Shown piece by piece: positions 1 through 10,743 of a DNA stretch of 64,000 bases (its first letter is position 1; each line of letters begins with the position of its first letter). A program made the translations under genes and the position numbers. The DNA lies in contig CDMY01000189.1 of NCBI GenBank assembly GCA_001179505.1, positions 109,616-173,615 of the forward strand, given 5' to 3'. The notes under the pieces were generated by a model. The model ran no database searches and was not told the origin of the DNA. It saw only the letters and a list, made by a program, of their open reading frames with translations. Source of the stretch: Vitrella brassicaformis CCMP3155 (taxonomy: Eukaryota; Protista; Chromerida).

Positions 1-44
1 ACAGCGAGCAATGCCTTTCACACACAGCAAGCGGTCATGTGCAG

Positions 45-203
45 GTGACGGACGCCAACAACGTCATCTTCGGCAAGAGGGGCTGGGACATTAGCGGCAA
101 ATACTGCGAGGTGGACTTGGAGGGGAAGAAGTTCAAGGTGTGGTACAAATGTAACCACGGCACGGCTGGGCCTGCTAAACAGACACATTGGAGTGTTGTG
201 TGA
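45..203 (+). CDS. Terminal exon of an unknown gene entering from the left edge
   Basis: Acceptor tgtgcag at 44, then an open frame VTDANNVIFGKRGWDISGKYCEVDLEGKKFKVWYKCNHG...SVV ending at TGA 201-203, followed by microsatellite-rich UTR. Confidence 0.55.
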   Translation: MTDANNVIFGKRGWDISGKYCEVDLEGKKFKVWYKCNHGTAGPAKQTHWSVV

Positions 204-234
204 CTGGGTGCTCTGTGCGCGTGTGCGAGTGTCT

Positions 235-268
<34 letters not shown>

Positions 269-932
269 GCCCGCCTGCATAAGCATACCCACACCCACAT
301 TACACAGACACACATCACGTCGATCCATCCCTCCATCCTTGGCGGTACGTGTGTGTGTTGTGTGTTGTGTGTGTGTGTGTGTGTGATATGGTGTGGTGCC
401 ATTGGTGTGCCGCTATCTCCCTCTCTTTCTGTCTGTCTGTCTGTCTGTCTGCCCCTCGTGTGAAGACAGGACAGGCAGCACAGACAACACAGATAGTCGT
501 AGACGCATCCACGGGATGGCTCACACCACACAACTCATCTCGGCAGTTTTTGAACCACCGACCACGTGGGTCATGCATAAGGGTAGGTAACAACACACAC
601 ACACACACAGACGCCACACGGGGTGCTCGCCATTGGTTGGCTTTTGAGATGGAATGGACGCGTGTGCTTTGGGCTTTTTTTTATCGCCCGTCTGTCTGTC
701 TGTGTGCCGTTTGCATATGCATGATGGACAGATGCGGTGTGGACCTTTCGTTTCCTTTGTCTTTTGATTTCATTCAGGCGCTCCACACGGACATTGTCGG
801 TGACACACTTAACGTCCACGACCACAGCTGTGGTCTAGCCACCTTCCTCAACACACGACGCGACACAATCAATGTCCAGACTGTCCAGACGTCTCTTATT
901 CACACACCATACCAACATACTCATTCACTCAC

Positions 933-3900
933 TCACACCCTCCCCTCCCGGCCTCCGATCAGCTTCTCTATCCTCCTTGGTGCAATGCCCATCCGCCGCC
1001 CCAGCTCCCTCACCTCTGCAGGCACACCTTTCCCCTCCCCCCTCTCCCCCTGCCTCTCCTGCACGTCCCTCGCCAGGGCCACCAGCGCCCCCTCCCACGC
1101 ACTCCTCGTCTCCCCACTGGCCGCACTCCGCACCTCATCCAACACATCCTGAAACTGCTCCACTGATGAAGATGTCTTCAGCAAAGGCAAAGGTGAATCG
1201 TCTTCTTCCGACTGAGAGAAGAGAGAGGGGTGGGCCGACGACGGCATATCGTTCTGGTTGACGAGCAGCCTGCGCCGGATCTCCTGCCGGAGACACGCCC
1301 GGAGCCGCCGGAGGCCTCTCGGCAGGTCCATGTCACTGCTTATTATGGCCGAAGAAGACGAGAGCATACGCGCCGCGTCCAGCAGTTGCCCCACCTGGTC
1401 AAGTGGCAGGGAGTGGGGCGCCGCCTCCTTGGAGTGAAGGATGCGGGTGAGCTGGGCGGTGAGGGCGGCGAACAGAGGCGTAGGTGGTGGGGATGCGGCA
1501 GCGGATGGCTGCAGAAGGAACAGGTGCGCGGCGTGGGTAAAGGCGGCCGCATGGTGAGAGAGGGAGTGGGGCGACGGGAGGTGGTGGTGGGGGGTCGACA
1601 GCAACGCCATGATGTAAGTCGAGCTGACAAACAAACAAACAGACAGACAGACACACAAACAGACAGACAGACAGACACGCATCGCGTTCGCTCCTGATGC
1701 ATACATAAGTCCCTGTCTGAGCATCGACGTACCTGTAGCACTTGATGAGCGGCTCCGCGCACTCGGGCAGGTGCAGGGCCAACACCGCCTCAGCCACCTC
1801 ATTCAGCGCACCCAACTCCCTCTCAGCCTTCACCCCACCCACACCCTCACCCTCCTCCCTGGCCCGCAAAACCTCTACGCTGTTGTCCGCCAGCAGCCGC
1901 AAGAACGGGCCCGTCCGGTAGCTCAGCCGCCGACACGCATCAAAGATCGCTGCCATGCTGCCCAGACCCAATGACAGCCTCGGTGCTGGCACTGGCTGCC
2001 GTCTTGATGGTTCCGGTCGCTCGGGTCTCGCTGATGACGAGACCGCCTCCTCGCAATCGACGGTGGCCGCTTTATGTGTCCTGATGCGTTTGAGGGTCCG
2101 CCAGAGCTTCCTGGAGCTGCTGCGGGCGCGGAAACGTCCGCGTCTCTTCGGTGGTGAGGATGGTGAGATTGGGTGCAGGGGTGGGAAGAGTGGGTGCTGC
2201 TCATAGAGGATGGCTGAAGAGTGGTCGACGAATGAGCCGGCAAGGGCGGAGGGGGGCAGGCGCTTGAAGGGCAGGAGGAAGAGCCGACGAAGGTCGCGCC
2301 ACAGCTGGATGAACCAGTCCGAGCTCTGAAAGACAGAGACGAACGGGTGTATGCGGCCAGACACGCGCTGCGCTTGGTTGGCTGATCGACCGGCCTGGCC
2401 TACCTCGATGATTTTCCTCTTGAGCCCCAGCTCCCTGAGCCTCTTGGCGCGCCGGTACTCATCCCCCTTCCGCCCCTCCCTCTTCCTCCCATCCCTCACC
2501 TCCCGCGGATGCACGTCCAGCACCCTCCCCCTCTCACCCCCCTTCTTGTCGTCACCGATGCCCATGCGGCCGCCGACCGTCTCACTCCACAGCCCAGCCT
2601 CTCGCCGCCTCTGTTCCAGCAGTGCCTTTGCGTGAGGGGGGAGGGTGACTTTGGCGACGGTTGGGGCGGCGTCGGGGTCTGTGGTTGAGGGTGAGGGTGA
2701 GAGGAGTGCCCGTGCTCTCCGGCGGCTGGCGAGACGTCGCTGGGCGGGGTGGCCGCAGGGGAAGAAGAGCATCTCATCGTGGAACAGACGCGCCTGTGCG
2801 GCGGTGAGGGTCCTCAGCACGTGTGCCGTGCTTGGCACAAACGCCCTCGCCCTCATGACGGTGCCGCCCCTGCTCACCCTGCCCTCCCCCAAGACCACCG
2901 CCCCGCCTGCCACACGTCTGTCCACATCTCGACCCATGATTGTCACCTTGCCCCCTCCTCCGCCCACAAGGTCTCGCCGTCCATCAGGAGGCACCATTGG
3001 AGACCGATCGCGGGCCTTCGGATACACGACGAGAGAAGAAGCTTCCTCCTTGGGTGTTGTTTCGGTCAAGGGCTCGTCCTCATCACGGCCGTCATGAGGC
3101 AGGGCGGGGAAGGTGACAGCAGGGGGAGGGTAGGAGGTCGACGGAAGGCGGTCAAGGGTGCTGGCCACTTTGGGGGCGCTGGTGGGGTCGGCGGGCTGTT
3201 GGTTTGCGTTGGCATCGTCGTCGCCAGTCGCGGCGAGTGACTGCTCGATCTCCAGAATGGCCGCCAGCTGGTCAGGCTCGATCAGAAGCGTCGCCTCGTC
3301 CCTCTCCCTCTCTGTCTCCGCCACAAACGATGTCCCATCCTGCATCTCCGTCTCAGCCTGCTGGCTGTCGCCGTCGGGATGCTGCTGCAGCGCTCTCATT
3401 TCCAGCCCGTTTAGGTCTATCCTCCACTTGCCGTGTGTGGGGCGCTTTGGCACGGCCGGCTGCATCACCGCCTGTGCAGCGGCAGACGGGAAGAACGGGA
3501 AAAGAGACACCGGCGGGGGCGCGACAGCCATACCAGCACCAGCACCAGCGGCACCGTTTCTCCCTCTCGCCGCCCTCCCCTCCTCTCTCCTAACCCTCGG
3601 CTGGGTGAGCGAGCTCGCCTCTCTCAGGTCGTTGTCCTCTTCTCCAGCCGGGCCACTTTCGGCGGCCGCCGTTGCCATCCTGGACGAGAGGAATGACAGG
3701 AAGTGGTGGTCCCTCAGCCCCAGCTGCGCGCAGGCGACGTAGAATGCGGTGACGACACCAGGGGAGAGCGTGGCGCCTGTGGCTGCTGCTTGGCGAAGGG
3801 GCGAGGGAGAGGGAGAGGGGGTGGGTGGCTGGAAGAGAGACCTGAACGGGCTGGAATCTGCCACACACACACACACACACAGACACACACACACACACAC

Positions 3901-5947
3901 AAACTAACTACAGAGAGAGCGCTGAGAGAGAGCGGGCTAGGTCCGTTCCTGACCTGGCCCTAGCTCTCTGGAGAGGTGGTAGATGAGGAACTTGAAGAGG
4001 GTCTTGTGTTTGTACCGCAGCTTGGCGAACGACAACACCACCGACGACAACTGATGCACCCACCCCACCCACACACCAGAGGCCGATCGATCGGTCAACT
4101 CCCCCTCTGTTTGCCATTAGGCACCAGTCACCCACCTCTTGCGGCGTGAACTGCTCCGGGATGGCCTGCACGGCCTTGCCCAGCTTGCTGAGCATCGGAG
4201 GGTCGCGCCAACGAAATTGCCGAAGCACACTGACCGAACAGACAAAGAACAGACGGCTGATTGGTGGACTGACACAGGCAGGCAGTCAGCGACAGCTGAC
4301 GTATGTGTGTATGTGTATGTGGTGTGCGCACTCACATGAGAAGGAAGGTGACCTGTCTGGGCAAAAGGCTCGCGAGATGCTCCTCAGTGTGCTGACGCAA
4401 CAGCTGAATGGATGGATGGGATGGACCAACACACACACACACACAGAGCGATACAGCACGCACACGAGCAGGCAGACCACACCACACCCACCATTATCAG
4501 TGAAGTGGGCGGTGTCTGGAGGTCGGCCTGCAGGATGACATTGGCGCAGTACAGCAGCACAGGCGTGGACAGCCGCTGCCGGTGCCGCAACAAGTTGTTG
4601 CACACACGCTCGTACAACCACCTGCACACACACACTCAGACCAGACCAGACCAGGCACACACACACCTTCTCCCTTCCCTCACACACATGGTTGGCTTGG
4701 CGCGTTATCTCGTCTCGCGTCCTTACGTGTCCTGTGCGCCCAGGTCGGCATAGACCTTGCACAGCGAGACGAGCTCAAACGGCTTGAGCCGTCCGAGCGC
4801 CACGTGGCTCTTCTCCCAGGCGTCGAATACACACGTCCTCACCGCTCGCTGATGGCCCTCCCGCACCGACACCTGCTCATCCTGCCGCTGACGATCCTGG
4901 TGCTGGTGGTGGTGGTGTCTGGTTGAGCGCAGAGGCCTGGGGGCGAGGAGAGCACTGTAGTCCGTCAGCTTGAACTCCACCTGACACACACACACGAGTG
5001 CATGCCATCCATCCATCCATCCATCCACAAAACACAGACACACTCTCTCTCTCTGTGTGTGTGTGGGGGGGTGGGTGGGTGTGGGTGTGGGTGTGGGTGA
5101 TGTCCGGCCTCACCATGAATCTGAGAATGAAGACCCAGTCTTTTGGCCTGACGTCCTCTTCCTGCCGGTGCAGGTGGACCAGCAGCGCACTCAGATGGCC
5201 CGGCGCGGGACAGTAGCGCAGCCGACGAAACGACTGAAGCGCCAGACACAATGACGGCAGGGACACTGAATCAACCACACACACACACACACGGACATGC
5301 GCACACAACGGCCATCGTTCTGCGTGTGGTGCACTGTGCTGTGCACTGTGCAGTGAGGGATTCCTGGGTACGTTTCCGTATCTCTGCGGCCCAGTAGAGG
5401 CCTTCACTGATGGCCTTGAGCAGCAGCGGGTCATGGTAGCCGCCCAGCGCCATGCCATGCAGGAGCAGACTCAACTCGTGCCCACTGAAGCGGGCCAGCG
5501 TCCGCACCATACGCACCGACAGATCCTGCCACACGGCCTCCTCGCGGATGCCCGCCTTGCCTGCAGACAAGAAAGACAGCCCATCGATTGCCTGTCGTGT
5601 GTGTATGTCGGTCGATTCACACCTGACTGACCTGTGTGGATGACCTGCAGCACGAGATCTTTCGGAGTGCCATACTGCCGAGCCAGGTTCACTGCCTCGT
5701 CGCGCTGCTCTCCATGCTGCTGCTGCTGGTGCACCACGGTTGCAGCCGTCTTGACTGCATCGAACACCGAGGTGGCCTCGTCATAACCTGCAGCAGTGGC
5801 CGAAGTTGCGGCTGCATGTACATGTGGCTGCTGCTGCTGGGTTCTTGCGGCGGTGGTGCTGATGTGGCATCTTCTGCACCTCTTGAAGGGAGGCGGCGGC
5901 AACGGGATCTGTATGAGCCGGCGGGAGGAGGGGCGCAGCAGATCCAT
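933..5947 (-). CDS. Multi-exon helical-repeat (HPR/FASTK-like) putative organellar RNA-binding protein with a long low-complexity C-terminus
   Basis: Starts MDLLRPSSRRLIQ... (R/S-rich, transit-peptide-like). Repeats include LARFSGHELSLLLHGMALGGYHDPLLLKAI, LGRLKPFELVSLCKVYADLG and PEQFTPQE-LSSVVLSFAKLRYKHKTLF. A phase-1 splice (GPG|D) links to the 1399-3900 ORF, and the last exon lies in ORF 933-1802. Confidence 0.7.
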
Positions 5948-6136
5948 TGAGATTCGATGGTCGATGGTCGATGGATGAGATCTCTTTCTGCCGGCATGCA
6001 ATAGACTGTCAGCTTCTCACCAGCGTGAATGCCAGTCGGCCATCTTTTGCGAGCTTAGAGAGCAGATCTGACATCCTCCTCCCGGCTCTGCGGTTCTGTC
6101 TGTCTGTCTGTCCAAAGTGGTTGAAAGGAGGCAGCA

Positions 6137-8995
6137 ATGTCGTCGTATCCACCTCCTCCTCGAGGAGGCACGAATCCCTCAGGCTCAGGCCGGCAGGCCG
6201 GCGGCAGCAAGGCGGCCATGGCAGCTGCCGCTGCCGCCACGGACCCTGCGCACGGCCTGATGTACTTCACCGAGACCAAGTCGGGTTTCCTGTGCGACCG
6301 TCAGTTTGTCCACGAGGTGCCCTTGCCGCCTCACCTGCCCAAGATGCTGCAGACGCCTCACGAGCTGGTCTTCGGCGCTGTCAGATGGGGAGAGAGCCAG
6401 GGATCCGCCGGTGAGTGCATGTCGAAGCAGACAGAGCTGTAGATCAGAGTGAGTCTCTGTATGGCCTGTACGTGTGTGATGCATGCCATCGGTGCAGGTG
6501 ATATCCCGCGTCATTTGGTCCATCTCGGTGTGGAGGGCGGCCTGGCCAGCGGTGGGAGGGTGGACCTGAAGCGGATGCGCGTCATGGATGAAGGCCTCGG
6601 CACAAGACCTTACCAGAGAAGAGGAGGTAACCACTCCGACACAGCACATCCATCCGTCCATCGTTGTCTGTCTGTTCGTTCCCAGATGGGCACAACCGTG
6701 TGCTGCCGCTGCACCCCAAGGACCAGTCGCTCATGTACTTCGACGACTCGGTCATTGATCAGCTGCTGCCGCCCAGCAAGAGGCTCAAGCCAGCAGCTGC
6801 AGCAGCAGCGGGCAAGGCGCCCAAGTCGCCCCTCATGCTGCCGTCCCCGCCGCCGTGGATCGAACGGGAGAGGCCGCGGTCGCCGTCGCCTTCGCCCGTG
6901 CCGATTGAGGTCAAGCAGCCGGAGGGGACCAAAGCGAAGGAGTCCTATGTTGATCGTGTGCTCAAGACCTTCAATGTCAGCCCCGCCATGGTGAGTGCGT
7001 CAGCACCACACCGTCACCGTCACCATCCATCCATCCATCCATCCATCCATCCAATGTGATGTGTTGCCGTCCATCAGTTCACGTGTCCAGGGAGCAAGAG
7101 TCTGCGCGCCAACCCGCCCGTGCAGATCCTCCGGGTGCTGCCCCACCCCGACCTATGGACCCACAACTACATGCAGGTCTCTTTTGACGAGGACCCCTTC
7201 GCCTCAGGAGGACGGGACAAGGCCCGGCAGGGCCTCGCGCCGCTGTCACTGTCCGGCGGCCCCAAACCTGTGCCTAGCGGCAAGGCTCCTGCGGCTGTCA
7301 TGACGGTCAACAGGGAGAAACAGGCCACAGGCGGATCCATGTAAGTAAGAGTGTGTGTGGCGGGGCGGGCACTGACAAGGGAGGGAAGGAGGGAGGGAGG
7401 GAGGGAGGGATCTGTGTGTGCACATGTGTGTGTTTAGTATGCGTTGTGGGTTCTTTGTGCGTGGGTCGAAGCCTGATGGTGTTGAGAGGGATGATGACGT
7501 CGATGAGGTGAGGGGGTNNNNNNNNNNNNNNNNNNNNNNNNNNNNNNNNNNNNNNNNNNNNNNNNNNNNNNNNNNNNNNNNNNNNNNNNNNNNNNNNNNN
7601 NNNNNNNNNNNNNNNNNNNNNNNNNNNNNNNNNNNNNNNNNNNNNNNNNNNNNNNNNNNNNNNNNNNNNNNNNNNNNNNNNNNNNNNNNNNNNNNNNNNN
7701 NNNNNNNNNNNNNNNNNNNNNNNNNNNNNNNNNNNNNNNNNNNNNNNNNNNNNNNNNNNNNNNNNNNNNNNNNNNNNNNNNNNNNNNNNNNNNNNNNNNN
7801 NNNNNNNNNNNNNNNNNTGAGAGGGATGATGACGTCGATGAGGTGAGGGGGTGGGGGAGGGAGGGAGGGAGGGAGGGAGGAGGGTGGATGATGCAGCCGG
7901 TTGGTCGATGAATGCCTTCCTTCATTGTGTTGTTTTGTGTTGTGTTGTGTTTTGTGTTTGCCAGGCTGACGGCCTGCTGGGCTACTACGCCCACAAGAGC
8001 GATTACCACGTCTCAGTCTCGGTGAGACGAAACACACACCACACCCGCAGAGAATCGCTATGCGAGCTGCTCTCTTTCCAATGGTTTGCTACCCGTGCAG
8101 TCATTCCAGGGGGCCAAGAAGAGCTCGGGCAACTATGTCCTGGAGATGCCCCACCCCCCCGACCTCAGCCGACTCGAGATCACCCAAGCCAACAACACAC
8201 AGCAAGAGTCGCAGTCGCAGGCGATCGAGTCCCAACAGCTCATGCCGCCATCGGCTACGGCCACAAGCAGCAACAAGGTCAAGGTGGCGAGGGGTGAGGC
8301 GCTGCTCGTGCCGTTGGCCACTGGGCGGCTGCCTCTGAAGAGGGCGGCCGAGAGGGGCGGCTATGGGAGGCGCCTTGAGGCCGACTTCATCCGGCTGGGG
8401 CAGCGCAGCCTGACTGAAGACGAGATGAAAGGCGCCGAGACAAAACGCCTACAGATCATGGTACGAATGACACAGAGAGCAGAAACAACACCACACCACA
8501 CCACACACCATCTCTGTCTTTATCCCTGCAGACGACCACCATGGATGACGCGCCGCTGCCGGAGGAACCGCCGATCCCGCGTGAGAAGACGCCCGAGGAC
8601 GAGGGCCCGATGGGCCATGAAGACGAGGACGAGCACGACCGGCTGGAGGGCGAGGGCGACCTCAGTGGACAGAGGGAGGAGGGTGGTGCCGGTGCTGGTG
8701 GTGGGGCTGGGGCCGCTGGTGAAGGTGAGGGTGGTGGGGCGGGTGAGGGTCGTGGTCGTGGGGATGAGGAGAGCGAGGAGGGCGAGGTCAAGAAGAGCTC
8801 GGACGAGGAAGGGTCTAGTGATGAAGACGAAGATGAAAGGTATCGCTTCGTCTCTCGTCTCATTTCACCTCTCTCTCGGTTCGTGTGCGCGGCTGGCTGG
8901 CTGGCTGTGTGGTCGTGAATATGTGCAGTGGTGAGGAGTCGTCGTCGGCCGAGTCATCCGAGTCTGGCGAGGAGGGGGAGATTGACGAAGACTGA
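6137..8995 (+). CDS. PAF1: RNA polymerase II-associated factor Paf1
   Basis: Motifs FLCDRQFVHEVPLPPHLPKML, LPLHPKDQSL and PVQILRVLPHPDLWTHNYMQVSFDEDP resemble Paf1 conserved blocks. Acidic C-terminal tail ends SGEEGEIDED*. About 8 exons; one intron spans the N gap. Confidence 0.8.
7518..7817. other. Assembly gap (300 N)
   Basis: Run of N with a duplicated flank on both sides. Confidence 1.
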
Positions 8996-9932
8996 CTGAC
9001 TGAATAAATGTGCGCAAGTGGCTGCTGACGTGCTGCATGGTTTCTGATGATCGTTCGGCTGATAGTCGATGTCTTGTCCATGCCTTCGTCGCGAGATGGC
9101 GCTCGAGTCGTTTCCGCCCTCCGATGCGGGCTGAGGAATCGACTCGAGCGCCGTCATGCCACGGACGGGACACAGATGTCTACGCGAGCTATGCATGTCC
9201 ACGAGACATCTTTGTGTCTTAAGACAAACAATGTGTTTAGGCTGCTCATTGTCAGCTGCATGGCATGCAGCAAATCCATCGTTGCCGACTGACAATCCAC
9301 ACACGACCCACCGCACCGCACCCTCTCGAACTTACGACCACCGACCAACTGCCTGTCTGCCTGCCTGCCCGCCTGCCTGCCTGCCTGCCTGTCAGTACTT
9401 GCAATGGATGTCTGCACACGCACGGCACAGTACAGTGCAGTGCGCCGGTCTGAGAGGCGAAGTGATTAGATTTGTTCATCGGCCGTTCTTATCGGCTGAC
9501 ATTGAGAGGCCTTTTCTGCCTCGCGATGGCTCTACTTTTTGTGGGCAAGCCACGTGCTGTGCTGACGAGCGACCATTTCATTAGTGTCTGCCAGTGCATT
9601 TGGACCTCTGTCGGTAAGAAGACTGACTTAGATTTGCTGTCTGACGAGCCAGCCGTGTCAGCGGCAGTGTGCAGTGTGATTGACTGGTCGATGGGTAAGC
9701 CTTACCTGCCCAGGTAGGTATATTGAATGCATTCACGTGTCCGTCCGGTCACTCACCTTTTCCACACGCACGACAAGCGGGCAGCCAGGCAGGCCGACGC
9801 AAACAGAACCCACAATCACTCACTCCTTCATCTAGTCCACATACAGACGACGCACCGCGAAGCACCGCACAGCACCGCAGCCTCTCACTCAGTCAATCAA
9901 TCCATTCTACAGTCCTCTCTCAGACAGTTCAC

Positions 9933-10393
9933 TCACTGGTTCTGGGGGTTGTTCTTGAGCAGGAAGTTGGCCTGCACCCACACACAACCAACACAAAACA
10001 GCACAGCACAACGGCAAATGGCACCTTGAGTGCAGTAAAGGCATTGACACTGCCAACACAACACACCAACAGTACCAGGAACTCGATGGGGTTGGGAGGC
10101 CGCTCGGTCGCCACGGCATTGAGTGCGGGCAGCAGCACCGGCACTATCATCTGGTCCAGGTACTGACGGATGGGCAGCGACTGCGCGTTCATCGTCGCAC
10201 CCACAGCACCAGCGCCCTTCTCACCCCCACCAGCAGCGGTGGCCGGCTGTGGACTCTCGAGGACTCCTTTGGCTTCCTGCCCGCCTGACTCCTTGGGGTA
10301 GGCTTCGCTGCTGCCCGTTTCCTTGGGCTCCTCATCGGCAGGGCCTGATGGGGCGGGAGGCGCCTCGGAGTCACCGACCTCTTCGGACGACAT
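9933..10393 (-). CDS. DPY30: Dpy-30 motif protein (COMPASS/Set1 subunit-like)
   Basis: [35 protein letters not shown]|[12 protein letters not shown]. Two exons: 10393-10076 and 9971-9933. Confidence 0.9.
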
Positions 10394-10743
10394 CTTCTTC
10401 AACTAATACGATAGGAGACGAACGGGCGGATGGTTGCTGCTCTCGTGGAGGCGTCAATAGCAGAGTTTTCCTCCCCAGCAGCTGCGAGCTAGTGGAGGAG
10501 ACCAAGAGGTTGAAGCTTACCTGTCGCAGACTCCCGCCGCCGCCAGTCGCAGTGACCGACAACTGCCATGTGTGTGTGCTCTGCGACGATGCGTGCATTG
10601 ACGGAGGCGGCCTTTCCGATCGCAGGGCCTGGCGTCTTTGCGTGTCCTTTGCGTTCCCTCTCGTGCCAAGGATTACTGGTCCGCTGAGGCCTTGGTGGGC
10701 AGCTTATCTATCCAGGATTCTTCCGCTTGCCGAGTTGAACTTG

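Noticed and set aside
3937-3950. Apparent stop ending a short HPR gene (GPGQERT*)
   Set aside because: A GT donor just before it splices in frame (G|AT) to the 1399-3900 ORF, so a single longer gene is more parsimonious.
7484-7852. Direct repeat tgagagggatgatgacgtcgatgaggtgagggggt on both sides of the N gap (a similar pattern at 19058-19401)
   Set aside because: These are overlapping contig ends around a fixed 300-N spacer: an assembly artefact, not a target-site duplication.
8993-9155. TGA stop followed by a hairpin, raising the possibility of SECIS readthrough
   Set aside because: The hairpin lacks the AUGA/GA quartet and apical AA. Further in-frame stops follow closely, and Paf1 is complete at this point.
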